Positions 1 through 9,093 of a stretch of DNA of 64,000 bases are shown in pieces. Origin of the DNA: an uncultured Clostridia bacterium. GTDB lineage: Bacteria; Bacillota; Clostridia; Oscillospirales; Oscillospiraceae. The notes beneath the pieces were generated by a model. It saw nothing but the letters and a program-made list of their open reading frames with translations. It had not been told where the DNA came from and ran no database searches. The translations under genes were made by a program, and so were the position numbers. Every line of letters begins with the position of its first letter. Position 1 is the first letter of the stretch. The stretch spans positions 4,533 to 68,532 of the forward strand of contig CALCJW010000192.1 in the NCBI GenBank assembly GCA_937967235.1, given 5' to 3'.

Positions 1-1305
1 CATCGCGCAAATGCGGCCCAGCGCCTGCTGCACCGGGATGCGCTCCTGCGGGGCAAACACTGCCTGCCGGATGGTACAATGGGCCCGCGCCTGCTGTGCC
101 AGTGCCACGAATTCCCCAGCCAGCTCTTCCGGCTGCAGGAGCCCACCCGCTGCGGGCAGGCCGTGCAGACACTGCCGGAGCACCGTGCGCAGGCGCGCAT
201 AGTCCTGCGGTGGGTTGCAGGGGGTGAACATCAGCACCACATAACGCGGGTCGGCATATTCACACTCGAGCTGCCCGCCGCGCAAGGCATCCGCCAGCGC
301 GGTGCCGGTCATGCCAAGGGCCGCAGCGTCCAGCGTCAGCTTCAGCGGTTCCCGGCCCGGGCCGTCCAATGCCAGCGGCACCGGGCAGCCCGCCGCCTGC
401 GCCGCCGCGTTCAGCTCCCCGCGCAGAGCGGCAAGCCGGGCACAGCACCGCTGCAGCCCCACAGGGTAGGTTTCTGCCAATACCCGGTTGCAGGCATCCA
501 GCGACTGCAGGATCAGGTAGGACGGGCTGGTGGAGCCGAACAGGGCCAGTGCACCGCGCACTGCAGCTTCCTCCTGCACCGGGGCGTTCTCCCCCAGATG
601 CAGATATGCTCCGCCGGTGACCACCGGCAGGGTCTTGTGGGCCGAATCGCAGCACATGGCAGCCCCCAGTGCGATGGGGTGCAGCGACTCTCCGGGCAGA
701 AAGCGCAGGTAGGCCCCGTGGGCGTTGTCCACCAGCAGCGGCATCCCAAAGGTGTCGCACACAGCCGACAAGGCCCGGATGTCCTGCATTCCGCCCAGAT
801 AATCCGGGCTGGTGACGTAGACCCCAAAGGGGGTACTCCCTTGCCCGGTCAGCTCCTGCAGCGCTGTTGTCAGCATCTGTGCGGAGATGGGGCAGCTGCA
901 CAGCGCCCCGGCATTCTCTGCCGCAGGCCAGAGCCACCGGATGTCGAAGTCCAGCAGCGCGGCAGCGTACAGCAGGGCTTTGTGCGCGTTGCGGGCCGCC
1001 AGCAGTACCGGACGTTTTCCAGTGCGGGGTGCTGCCTGCAGTGCCAGACACAGCATGGCCCGGATGCACTGGGACGAGCCCTCGGTGCTGTAATAGGTGT
1101 GCTGTGTGCCGAACAGCCGGGTAGCGTTTGCTTCGCTTTGGGCAATGATGCCTTCCGGCTCGTACAGCTCGTCGGCGCCCCGGATCTCGGTCAGGTCCAG
1201 CGGCTCAAAGCCTAACAGGCTCTGGCCCTTGTGGCCGGGCATGTGCAGGCGGGAGGTGCCGGACTGTGCATAGCCGCGCACAAAATCCACGATGGGTGTG
1301 TCCAT
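1..1305 (-). CDS. Orn/Lys/Arg decarboxylase-fold PLP-dependent enzyme (3' end truncated by the window edge)
   Basis: Manual reverse translation from the ATG at 1305 gives MDTPIVDFVRGYAQSGTSRLHMPGHKG; the HMPGHKG motif is typical of the OKR decarboxylase major domain. This frame is missing from the ORF track because it runs off the window. The plus-strand ORFs here are antisense artefacts. Confidence 0.7.
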   Translation of the reverse strand, partial: MDTPIVDFVRGYAQSGTSRLHMPGHKGQSLLGFEPLDLTEIRGADELYEPEGIIAQSEANATRLFGTQHTYYSTEGSSQCIRAMLCLALQAAPRTGKRPVLLAARNAHKALLYAAALLDFDIRWLWPAAENAGALCSCPISAQMLTTALQELTGQGSTPFGVYVTSPDYLGGMQDIRALSAVCDTFGMPLLVDNAHGAYLRFLPGESLHPIALGAAMCCDSAHKTLPVVTGGAYLHLGENAPVQEEAAVRGALALFGSTSPSYLILQSLDACNRVLAETYPVGLQRCCARLAALRGELNAAAQAAGCPVPLALDGPGREPLKLTLDAAALGMTGTALADALRGGQLECEYADPRYVVLMFTPCNPPQDYARLRTVLRQCLHGLPAAGGLLQPEELAGEFVALAQQARAHCTIRQAVFAPQERIPVQQALGRICAM

Positions 1306-1307
1306 GC

Positions 1308-2771
1308 TTATTCGCAGGCTTCGCCGTCTGCGCAGGCGTTGCAGGTGGAACCCAGCTCAATGGGCACCTCGATGCCCTGAGCAGCCAGTTCCTGGTTTTC
1401 CGCCACCTTGATCATGATGGCGCACTCCATGCGCTTCTTGAACAGCTCACAGCCGTACTCGTACACACCGGTAATGCTGCCGGTGGCATGATAAGAGTTG
1501 GCAGCGCAGCCGCCGGAGCAATACAGCTTGGCCCAGCAGTCCTTGCACTCCTTGCGGGCATAGGCGTTGCAGTGCTTGAACTCATCCCGCACGGCCGTGT
1601 TGGTGACGCCCTTCCAGATGTCGCCCATCAGGTACTTGGGGTCGCCCACGAACTGGTGGCAGGGGTACAGGTCGCCCCAGGGGGTCACGGCCATGTACTC
1701 GGTGCCGGAACCGCAGCCCGAAATGCGCTTGTAGATGCAGGGGCCGCCGGTCAGGTCGATCATGTAGTGGTAGAAGGTAAAGCCACGGCCCTCGCGGTCG
1801 CGCTTGATCATCTCCTTGGCCAGGATCTCGTACTGCTCCTTCAGGATGGGCAGATCTTCTGCGGTCAGGGCGCTGGGGTCACCGGGCTTGGACACCACCG
1901 GCTCCATGCTCAGCTCGGTAAAGCCGAGGTCCGCCATGTGGAAGATGTCGTTGGTAAAGTCGGTGTTGTAGTGGGTGTAGGTGCCGCGCATGTAGTAGTT
2001 CTTGTCGCCGCGCTTCTTCACGAACTCCTGGAACTTGGGCACGATGGTGTCGTAACTGCCGCGGCCGGCATAGTCCTTGCGGAAGCGGTCGTTCACTTCC
2101 TTGCGGCCATCCAGGCTCAGCACCACGTTGTGGCACTCCTTATTGCAGAAGTCGATGACATCGTCGTCGATCAGCACACCGTTGGTGGTCATGGTAAAGC
2201 GGAAGTTCTTGTTGTGGATCTTCTCCTGCTCACGGCAGTAGGCCACCAGCTTTTTGACCATGTCAAAGTTCATCAGAGGTTCGCCGCCGAAGAAGTCCAC
2301 TTCCAGATTGCGGCGGGTGCCGCTGTTCTCGATCAGGAAATCCATGGCGCGCTTGCCCACCTCGAAGCTCATAAGGGCGCGGTCGCCGTGGTAGCGGCCC
2401 TGGGAGGCAAAGCAGTAGGAGCAGCTCAGGTTGCAGGTGTGCGCCACATGCAGGCACAGCGCCTTGACCACGGTGCTGCGGTTCTTGAAGTCGAACGCCA
2501 TGTTTTCGTAGACATCCGGGCTCCACAGCTTGCCGGCTTCCTTCAGGCTGGTCACGTCGTCGATGCACTGGCGCAGATCCTCTTCGGTGACGTCCGGGCG
2601 GCTGCCGTATTTGTCCATCATAGCCGAGACGATCTCGTCGGCAGTGTGATCCTGATACATGGCAATGACGTCATAGGCCACGTCATCCACCACATGCACC
2701 GAACCGCTGCAGGTGTCCAGCACGATGTTATAACCGTTCAATTGATACTGATGTACCATTTTACACTCCAT
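1308..2771 (-). CDS. scfB: SCIFF radical SAM/SPASM maturase
   Basis: CLHVAHTCNLSCSYCFA is a CxxxCxxC radical SAM motif, followed by C-terminal Cys-rich SPASM-like clusters. It lies directly downstream of the SCIFF peptide gene. Confidence 0.85.
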   Translation of the reverse strand: MECKMVHQYQLNGYNIVLDTCSGSVHVVDDVAYDVIAMYQDHTADEIVSAMMDKYGSRPDVTEEDLRQCIDDVTSLKEAGKLWSPDVYENMAFDFKNRSTVVKALCLHVAHTCNLSCSYCFASQGRYHGDRALMSFEVGKRAMDFLIENSGTRRNLEVDFFGGEPLMNFDMVKKLVAYCREQEKIHNKNFRFTMTTNGVLIDDDVIDFCNKECHNVVLSLDGRKEVNDRFRKDYAGRGSYDTIVPKFQEFVKKRGDKNYYMRGTYTHYNTDFTNDIFHMADLGFTELSMEPVVSKPGDPSALTAEDLPILKEQYEILAKEMIKRDREGRGFTFYHYMIDLTGGPCIYKRISGCGSGTEYMAVTPWGDLYPCHQFVGDPKYLMGDIWKGVTNTAVRDEFKHCNAYARKECKDCWAKLYCSGGCAANSYHATGSITGVYEYGCELFKKRMECAIMIKVAENQELAAQGIEVPIELGSTCNACADGEACE

Positions 2772-2826
2772 TTCAGATTACACAAAAAAATGCCGCCCGG
2801 CAAAGGCGGCATAGGGTTTGCAAAAA

Positions 2827-2973
2827 TTACTTGTTGCTGTTCTCGCACTGCTGGTTAGCCACGCCGCAGGAGGTCTTGCAAGCGGACTGGCAGGAAGTCT
2901 GGCACTCGCCGCAGCCGCCGGTCTTCACGCTCTTGGTCAGGTCACGAGTAGCAATCGTCTTAATACGTTCCAT
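2827..2973 (-). CDS. scfA: SCIFF (six cysteines in forty-five residues) ribosomal peptide precursor
   Basis: MERIKTIATRDLTKSVKTGGCGECQTSCQSACKTSCGVANQQCENSNK is a 48-aa peptide with the canonical GGCGECQTSCQSACKTSC core. The start was placed at the internal MERIK, not the ORF-track M. Confidence 0.9.
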   Translation of the reverse strand: MERIKTIATRDLTKSVKTGGCGECQTSCQSACKTSCGVANQQCENSNK

Positions 2974-3100
2974 AGTAGAAACCTCTCTAACTCTCAAAAT
3001 TTCCTCATGCCGGGGGACTGCCCCACCATGCATTTATCTTGGACTAGGATAACACATCCGACGCCTTCTGTCAAGATTTTTGTTCCGATAAATCGCCCCG

Positions 3101-3391
3101 TCATATCTGCGGCTGATATTTCGTCAGCACGGTGTGCAGCCCCAGCTCCCGTGCACGGGCCAGTAAGTACCGGTAGCGGCACAGCAGTGCCTGCCGCTCA
3201 TAAATGCGCTGCTCGATCAGGTCGGTGTCCACCTCCAGATCAAACATCATTTCGTTGCGCTTGAGGCAGAACAGGCATTCCTTCAGCTCCTCTTCCAGTT
3301 CCGGGTGGTAGCGCTCGTGTTCCGTATCCCGCGGGATGCGCGGTGACAGCAGGGTGTGTTCGTTTTGCATCGGTCGAAGTTGTTCCAGCAT
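3101..3391 (-). CDS. hypothetical small protein (host side)
   Basis: 96-aa ORF. AAAGAGGAGG sits upstream of the second ATG (MLEQLRP...). No recognisable domain. Confidence 0.4.
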   Translation of the reverse strand: MLEQLRPMQNEHTLLSPRIPRDTEHERYHPELEEELKECLFCLKRNEMMFDLEVDTDLIEQRIYERQALLCRYRYLLARARELGLHTVLTKYQPQI

Positions 3392-3414
3392 AGGCAGCAT
3401 CCTCCTCTTTGTGC

Positions 3415-3452
3415 GTCTTTGCATTGTTCTGATTTCCAGTATATGCAAAGAC
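3415..3452. promoter_or_regulatory. 10-bp perfect inverted repeat (GTCTTTGCAT-N18-ATGCAAAGAC) in the upstream region of the 3101..3391 gene; possible operator
   Basis: The palindromic arms were read directly. The repeat sits 24-60 bp upstream of the start codon. Confidence 0.3.
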
Positions 3453-3625
3453 CACGCAAAGGATGCCGGTTTGTGGGGTCAGGCAGGCAGCTGTTTTATG
3501 AATCGTTACAGTACCGCCACACACAGAAGCCGATTGCCCTGCTGTGCGATTCCAAACGAGATCAATTCTCCCCGATGAACACCAAAATCAGAATCCGGTT
3601 CATTATCGGATTCTGCCATTTTCCA

Positions 3626-3676
3626 CCAAAAAACAAAGCCCCAGGAAAGCTACGTTTTTTCGTTTCTTTCCTGGGA
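3626..3676 (-). terminator. rho-independent terminator; likely the original guaA terminator, displaced by prophage insertion
   Basis: Stem CCCAGGAAAG...CTTTCCTGGG followed on the minus strand by GCTTTGTTTTTT. It lies immediately outside the distal att repeat. Confidence 0.6.
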
Positions 3677-3690
3677 CTTTTAACAATTCA

Positions 3691-3709
3691 TCAATTATTC
3701 GAGCTCGAT
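3691..3709. repeat. prophage attachment-site core, distal copy (attR-like), tcaattattcgagctcgat
   Basis: A 19-bp exact copy of the sequence at 62634..62652, which overlaps the guaA stop codon and last codons. Confidence 0.7.
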
Positions 3710-3965
3710 TGAAGCAGGGCATTTCCTGCTCTTTTTGGAGTTTTTGAGGTGCGGTTTCACGTTGTTATTTCCTCGTATTCTTCCTGTTCTCCCTCTTTGA
3801 CGGGTGCCGTAATGCCATGTGAATGCCACAGCTCAAAAAAGAGGCCCCAGCGTCGAGGCCCTGCGCTCAGCGTAAGGTTTCGGACGTCGGGGCCTCTTTG
3901 TCCAAGAGAGCGTTTCCTGCATTTCATTTTACCGCAGCAGGAAGCAGCTGTCAAGCGGGAAGCAT

Positions 3966-4517
3966 TTAGTCCCAGATGTGCTCGTCAAGATACGCTTTCC
4001 ATTCAGCGTCTGCATCTGCAAGGGCCTTCTCGTAGTCATCACCATTGATGATGCGCTCCAGAGCCTTCTTGTATGCGCTTGCCTGAGCATAATTGGCAGC
4101 AAGCGAACCGGCTTCAGCCTTGCGGTATGCTGCGGCGCGGGGGTATTTCTTCCGCAGGGCTTCAATGCCTTCAGGGGTAACAGAAGGCTTGCTCGGAAAA
4201 ATTGCATCACCACTTTCAATGGCCTGGTTGAACGCCTCTCGGTAGTTCAGCAGAGCTTCGTTCGCTGCCTCCAGCTCTTTCAGGCCCTCGATCGCCTCGA
4301 TCTTCGCCTGCCGTTCCCGCGCCTTCTGTGCGTCCTCTTCGGCCTGCTTTTCCTTTTTGAGCAGGTACTCCATGATCTCCGGTTTGTGAGCCTTCGCGTA
4401 TGCAGAGTACGCCGGGACGTCCTCTTTGCTGACGCTCCGCGTTCCGATCTTGTCGCCCTGACGGAAGGTGTGAGTGACCTCCACGAAATGCTCGACGCAC
4501 ACATTGTCAAATTTCAT
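3966..4517 (-). CDS. hypothetical protein (prophage end, moron-like)
   Basis: AGGAGG lies 7 nt upstream of the ATG of MKFDNVCVEHF... Lys/Glu-rich C-terminal region with no recognised domain. Confidence 0.5.
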   Translation of the reverse strand: MKFDNVCVEHFVEVTHTFRQGDKIGTRSVSKEDVPAYSAYAKAHKPEIMEYLLKKEKQAEEDAQKARERQAKIEAIEGLKELEAANEALLNYREAFNQAIESGDAIFPSKPSVTPEGIEALRKKYPRAAAYRKAEAGSLAANYAQASAYKKALERIINGDDYEKALADADAEWKAYLDEHIWD

Positions 4518-4679
4518 AGTATTTCCTCCTGGCATTTGATGTGGTTAGTGTATTGTTCCTAACAATATTATACTCCTGTATATGCCGGGTGTCAATTTAT
4601 TTTTCTCTTTTGAGCGGATTTTATCTTGACAGGCGAGACAAAATCAATTATACTAGGATGTGGAAAAGGGGGACTCCAG

Positions 4680-4904
4680 ATGTCAGCAGCGAAAATCATC
4701 AAGCAGATCATGGTCGAAACAGGAACGACCGTCCGAGAGCTGGCTGGAAAGCTCGGATGCACGCCGCGGAGCTTGAGCAACAGGCTTTACCGGGACACAT
4801 TCACATATTCGGACTACATCAAAATTGTTTCCGCTTTGGGCTGTACGGTACAGACCGTCACTGGCACAGGGAAGGTCTTCCAGAACGAAAATGAACCAGA
4901 TTGA
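4680..4904 (+). CDS. small helix-turn-helix DNA-binding protein
   Basis: MSAAKIIKQIMVETGTTVRELAGKLGCTPRSLSNRLYRD has an HTH signature. The start was placed at the internal ATG with AAAGGGGGA upstream. Confidence 0.5.
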   Translation: MSAAKIIKQIMVETGTTVRELAGKLGCTPRSLSNRLYRDTFTYSDYIKIVSALGCTVQTVTGTGKVFQNENEPD

Positions 4905-4921
4905 AGGAAGGATGCTGAGTC

Positions 4922-5302
4922 ATGAAAAAATTTCTTTCCACGCTTGCTGTACTTTTGGCAGCCTGCTTGCTGCTGTGCTCGTGCGGCAAAAAGACGAAAT
5001 GCAGCGGTCAGGCTGTTTCCGTTGGCAAGAGCGCGATCGAAGCCGCGGACGACTACCTGGACAACAACCAGTCGGCACACGACGCTCTGGACAGGCTGGA
5101 CGAGCTCAAAGAGAAGATGGAGTATGTGGACTCTGAGGACGCATCAAAGCCCACCCACAGTGCAGACTACTCCGTTTCCTCCGATCTAGTTCTGCTGTCC
5201 CACGAGATCACGTTTGACAGCATCGACCACGATCGGTACGACAAAATTTTGGAGAAGCGGAACGACATAGCAAAAACCATCGGCGAGAAAAAGCGCAAAT
5301 GA
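4922..5302 (+). CDS. putative lipoprotein
   Basis: MKKFLSTLAVLLAACLLLCSCGKK has a signal peptide with a lipobox. Confidence 0.55.
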   Translation: MKKFLSTLAVLLAACLLLCSCGKKTKCSGQAVSVGKSAIEAADDYLDNNQSAHDALDRLDELKEKMEYVDSEDASKPTHSADYSVSSDLVLLSHEITFDSIDHDRYDKILEKRNDIAKTIGEKKRK

Positions 5303-5405
5303 GATCAGACCGGCAGGCTTTCAACGGCCCGCCGGTTTTTGCTTTCAGCACTCAAATTCCAAGTCCACAGTTGAAAGCTATGTGCAAAATGTGGAAAACA
5401 AAATA

Positions 5406-5453
5406 AGGCCCTCCCCAGACCATTGCGATCAGGGAGGGCCTTGCTTATTTTTG
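5406..5453 (+). terminator. rho-independent terminator
   Basis: AGGCCCTCCC...GGGAGGGCCT stem followed by TTGCTTATTTTTG. Confidence 0.5.
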
Positions 5454-5647
5454 CTTATTCGCGGTTTACGCTGACTTTTTCGCTGAATTTTTGTAAATCG
5501 CGCGAATAACGCGCACCGCGCGTTTTCCAGCAGCAGACCATTTTCGTTGCGCCACGAAAATGGTTATCCACGGGTTGCTACCTCACGGGGTACTTCTTCA
5601 TCCGTCATATCGAAGCTCCTTCATGTTTTCGTGGCGTCACGCAGACA

Positions 5648-6046
5648 TTACTTGCTGACGCCCTTGTTGCGGCTGATCTGGGCCTGGATGCGGGTCGTCA
5701 GATAGCCCACGGTATCGCCGCCGCTGATCTCCTTGATGTAGTCCAGAGCATCTTTGCTCAGGCTCTTAATCGCTACCGAGATCGCACGGCTCAACGCCTG
5801 GGCCTGCTCCTCCTCTTTGAACGTGCCGGCCTTTTTCAGATCGTCAACGTAGGACTGGTTCATGGCTGCCACGGCGTCGGCCACCGCGTTTGCGATCTCC
5901 TGGACGAGGCGACAGGTCACTTCGCTTTTGGCGTTCTCCTCAGCAGATGCGCCGATCGAGGCCGCGGCCTTCTTCACGCAGGCAGTTGCAATGGGCAGAC
6001 AGACCATCAGGACGGCCCAAGAGATTTCACGCAGAATGTTGTTCAT
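5648..6046 (-). CDS. hypothetical membrane-associated protein downstream of the lysis genes
   Basis: 132-aa ORF with an N-terminal hydrophobic segment. Confidence 0.45.
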   Translation of the reverse strand: MNNILREISWAVLMVCLPIATACVKKAAASIGASAEENAKSEVTCRLVQEIANAVADAVAAMNQSYVDDLKKAGTFKEEEQAQALSRAISVAIKSLSKDALDYIKEISGGDTVGYLTTRIQAQISRNKGVSK

Positions 6047-6064
6047 AGTCGTTCTCCTCTCAAA

Positions 6065-6730
6065 TCACAGTTTTGCCAGGTACTTATCCGCACCCGACAG
6101 TTTTTTCCAGGAAGCAGGGCCGCAGATGCCATCTGCAACAAGCCCGTTCTGCTTCTGGGCAGACAAAAGGGCCTGCGTGGTGGCAGGCCCGAAGTTTCCA
6201 TCCTCTTTGATTTTGAGCAGCTTTTGCAGCAGGATGATCGCCGATCTGTTCGCTGCGCCGACGCTCCCCTGCCGGATGGTGGGCAGGATGAAGCTATTGT
6301 ACGTCGTCGAGGGATAGACACCCGGAGAGGTACAGAGCCAGGTTGCCTTGCCTGCGCGGGTGTCCGCGTGGCACATAGCAGCCTCGGAATGCCAGTAGAT
6401 GCCGATGCCGCCGAAGCCCACCGCCTGCGCGATGATGCCCAGCGCGACCGGATTCACGACCCGATCGAGGGTGCGCCAGTCGGCAGCAAACCCATAGAGG
6501 TGCTTGCTGCGCGAGCTGCCGTGTACCTTGGCGTTGTGCGTGATGCAGCGATACCCGGACGTGACCTTCAACTTGACGCCCAGCACATCCCGGATGCTCT
6601 GGAGCTTGTCTACGAGCTCCAGATCGATCATCTGGGCGTCGCACTTCTTGCACTGGCATTCAAATTCATCCCTGGTAAAATTCTTCGTCAGCGCGGTTTT
6701 GTCCCCGCGCTTATAGGTTACGATGCTCAT
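6065..6730 (-). CDS. endolysin: peptidase M15 (D-Ala-D-Ala carboxypeptidase-like, M15_3) plus C-terminal peptidoglycan-binding domain
   Basis: DEFECQCKKC...TSGYRCITHNAKVHGSSRSKHLYGFAAD is zinc-peptidase M15-like. The C-terminal LQKLLKIKEDGNFGPATTQALLSAQKQNGLVADGICGP is PG_binding_1-like. Confidence 0.85.
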   Translation of the reverse strand: MSIVTYKRGDKTALTKNFTRDEFECQCKKCDAQMIDLELVDKLQSIRDVLGVKLKVTSGYRCITHNAKVHGSSRSKHLYGFAADWRTLDRVVNPVALGIIAQAVGFGGIGIYWHSEAAMCHADTRAGKATWLCTSPGVYPSTTYNSFILPTIRQGSVGAANRSAIILLQKLLKIKEDGNFGPATTQALLSAQKQNGLVADGICGPASWKKLSGADKYLAKL

Positions 6731-6748
6731 TGAAAACAGCTCCTTAAT

Positions 6749-7189
6749 TCATTCCTCCATGTTGTCCTGTTCGGACTTCTGTTTCAGGATTTCGATAGCC
6801 CCGGTCAGTGCCTTGGGGATTGGCACCCCCATCAGGCCAGCATTTTCGATGATGGACAGCGTCTCGTTTGCGATGAATGCGATCACGGTAGCATCTCGGA
6901 TAAAATTAGACCCCATCACCGTGTCGAGGTGGCAGGCCACCAGCACGATCAGCAGGGTTACACCTTTGCGGCACAACCCTTTCCACCCGGCGCGGGATTC
7001 CAGTGCGCCGTCTTTGCTCTTCGGGCTGGCGTGGAAAACCCCGGCAACCACAAGCCCCGTGATGTAATCGACTGCCATGAACAGGATCAGCGTCGAAAGT
7101 GCCGCATCCCATCCGCCGAATTGACTTGCAATCAGACTGCCGATTACTCCAACCATGGTGCAAACTCCATTCTTCATTACATCACCCAT
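6749..7189 (-). CDS. phage holin (holin_4_1 / toxin-secretion-lysis family)
   Basis: 146 aa with multiple TM segments: MKNGVCTMVGVIGSLIASQFGGWDAALSTLILFMAVDYITG. Confidence 0.75.
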   Translation of the reverse strand: MGDVMKNGVCTMVGVIGSLIASQFGGWDAALSTLILFMAVDYITGLVVAGVFHASPKSKDGALESRAGWKGLCRKGVTLLIVLVACHLDTVMGSNFIRDATVIAFIANETLSIIENAGLMGVPIPKALTGAIEILKQKSEQDNMEE

Positions 7190-7412
7190 CTGCTTTTTAC
7201 CTCCCGGACGTGGAAGTTCTTGCTCAGGGCCTTGTTCCCGTCCTTCGCATACGAATAGGCTTTAATTGCCATTGCTACCATCTCCCTTCATGCCCAGATC
7301 AGCACCGCACCCGCGCATGGCACAGTCCACCATCAGCACCCCGAACTCGGCCCGTTCGGTGCTCATGTTTTCGCCCTGCGCTTCAAGGCGGGTCAGCAGC
7401 CGCTCGACCAGC

Positions 7413-7583
7413 TCAGGCCACGTCATAGTCGTCACCGGTGATGCGCTTGTAATCCTCGGCGGTGATCTCGCCCTTGTTTACGCGCTCGGCCAGAACTTTC
7501 TTCACGCCAACGCGGCGGGATGCGGGCATCTCTGCCCAAGTCTTAGTGCCTGCAATCAGGCGGTTTGCCCAGATAATGTTCAT
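7413..7583 (-). CDS. XkdX-like small phage protein
   Basis: Manually translated 56-aa MNIIWANRLIAGTKTWAEMPASRRVGVKKVLAERVNKGEITAEDYKRITGDDYDVA with an AAGGAGG RBS. Below the ORF-track size cutoff. Confidence 0.55.
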   Translation of the reverse strand: MNIIWANRLIAGTKTWAEMPASRRVGVKKVLAERVNKGEITAEDYKRITGDDYDVA

Positions 7584-7595
7584 GGTGATACCTCC

Positions 7596-7799
7596 TTATT
7601 CCTTGTTCAGCGCTGCGTCCAGCTCACACAGCGCGGTTTCGATGTCGGTCAAGCGCTTCTCGTTGGCCGCGTCCTGTTCGCACAGGGCATCTTCCATTTC
7701 AGCCACACGGTCGGGCAACTGTTCGTGCTCCTGCTGCTTCTTGGCTGCGGCTTCCTTCTCCTGCCGGGTGGGCAGATTGTCCTTTTTCCACTGAATCAT
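7596..7799 (-). CDS. small coiled-coil phage protein (XkdW position)
   Basis: 67-aa Glu/Lys/Ala-rich ORF. Confidence 0.4.
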   Translation of the reverse strand: MIQWKKDNLPTRQEKEAAAKKQQEHEQLPDRVAEMEDALCEQDAANEKRLTDIETALCELDAALNKE

Positions 7800-7813
7800 G
7801 GTGACTGTCCTCC

Positions 7814-9073
7814 TTACTGGAATGCGCCGGAGACGGCTTCGATGTAGCCGCCCTCGCCGGATTCGCCGCGCTCCACGCTGACGCGGAAATTGAATGCAGC
7901 GCCAGCCGTGGCGGTCTTATTCTCAAAGACGATGTTTACGCCTTTTTTTACCTCGGTCGTGGCATCCTGCCAGACCGGGGAGCTGTCGAGTGCGTTGTTG
8001 GTCACTTCGGCTTTGAACTTCGCATCATCGGGGATGGAGCCGGTCACCTGAAGCACGGCAACGGTAATGTCGCCCTCAACGGCCAACGGTTCAGCCAGCG
8101 TCACGCTTGCGGCGTGGACGGCCTTGGTAAAGGTCGCGGACGTGCTGACGGTTTCCTTGCCGTCGCTCACCTCAACGGTGATGGTGTGGTTGCCGTTCAG
8201 GATTTTCTGGAATCCGGCAGCGCTGGCCGTCTGCTCAAAGGTCAGGGCCGTGCCGCTGGCAACGCCGGTGCGGGTCTTGGTGGTCTTGCCGTCCAGCTTT
8301 TCGGTGACGGTCAAGGTGTCGCCGTCGGCATCCCTGACGGTGTACTTCCACGCAAAGGCCGCGTTCTTCTGCCCCAGAGCTGCGCCGTCCGTGCTGACGG
8401 TAGGTGCAGTGTTGACACTGACCGTGCCGTCGTCAGAGACCACGAGTGTAGAGGGAAGAATGAAAGCGGGGCGAACACCATAGGAGCCGCTACACCAGTA
8501 GCTGCCGTTGGAGCCAACCGAACTGACGTACCAGACGTTGCCGGTGCTGCCGGTGTACGGAGAGCGCAGCCACCAGACGGCAGCGGAGCTGCCATTGTAT
8601 GCAATACGCTTGCTGTTACCGCCGGAGCTGTTGCCAAAGTATGCCAGCCTCACGCCGTCCTTCGGGAAATAGCCGTTGTCGCTGGTCGTCCAGCCAACCT
8701 CATAACCAGACAGCAGGAACACTTTGGTGCTCAGGCCGTTGGAGCCGGTGGCAAGGCTGCCACCGGAACCAGTGCCGTTCTGATACGGAATCTTGACCTG
8801 CTTGATAGCGTTGCGAATGTCCGCGTCAATCAGGTTGAAGAACGTACCGTTCAGGTATGTGTGGATGCTGGAATCCTTGTAGGAGTTATTGTTGCCGAAC
8901 GTGGACGTTGTGTAGATGTCCTTCATCAGCAGCCACGTTCCGGCGCAACTCGAATCATAGGTGCTGGTATTCGGATTGCCCTGCTGCACGACAATAAAAT
9001 CTTTGGACGCGCCGTTGACCTTGATTTTGACAATGCTGCCAACGGCTTTCGTGCCCAGTTTTACGTTTGCCAT
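7814..9073 (-). CDS. DGR target protein: tail fibre / receptor-binding protein with a lectin-like variable region and C-terminal Ig-like extension
   Basis: True start MANVKLGT has AAGGAGGT upstream; the ORF-track N-terminal extension overlaps the RT gene. Residues ~163-203 (SAAVWWLRSPYTGSTGNVWYVSSVGSNGSYWCSGSYGVRPA) coincide with the VR. The WLRSP...GVRPA pattern is typical of CLec-fold DGR variable regions. Confidence 0.8.
   Translation of the reverse strand: MANVKLGTKAVGSIVKIKVNGASKDFIVVQQGNPNTSTYDSSCAGTWLLMKDIYTTSTFGNNNSYKDSSIHTYLNGTFFNLIDADIRNAIKQVKIPYQNGTGSGGSLATGSNGLSTKVFLLSGYEVGWTTSDNGYFPKDGVRLAYFGNSSGGNSKRIAYNGSSAAVWWLRSPYTGSTGNVWYVSSVGSNGSYWCSGSYGVRPAFILPSTLVVSDDGTVSVNTAPTVSTDGAALGQKNAAFAWKYTVRDADGDTLTVTEKLDGKTTKTRTGVASGTALTFEQTASAAGFQKILNGNHTITVEVSDGKETVSTSATFTKAVHAASVTLAEPLAVEGDITVAVLQVTGSIPDDAKFKAEVTNNALDSSPVWQDATTEVKKGVNIVFENKTATAGAAFNFRVSVERGESGEGGYIEAVSGAFQ
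8465..8585 (-). repeat. DGR variable region (VR)
   Basis: 121 bp aligning to the TR at 10493..10613 with 16 mismatches. Fifteen of them are at positions where the TR coding strand has A. Confidence 0.85.
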
Positions 9074-9093
9074 TGTTACCTCCTTGTTTTCGT

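Noticed and set aside
79-1215. Long plus-strand ORFs (79..1215 and others) overlapping the first kilobase
   Set aside because: Arg/Gln-rich, no RBS. They are antisense to a minus-strand gene whose translation (MDTPIVDFVRGYAQSGTSRLHMPGHKG...) is clearly a PLP decarboxylase-fold enzyme. These are high-GC antisense artefacts.
1266-2858. 530-aa plus-strand ORF
   Set aside because: Antisense to the SCIFF maturase; Ala/Gly/Val-rich with low complexity.
7200-7412. Possible 31-34-aa minus-strand ORFs between the holin and XkdX-like genes
   Set aside because: Too short and overlapping the holin start, with no convincing family; left unannotated.
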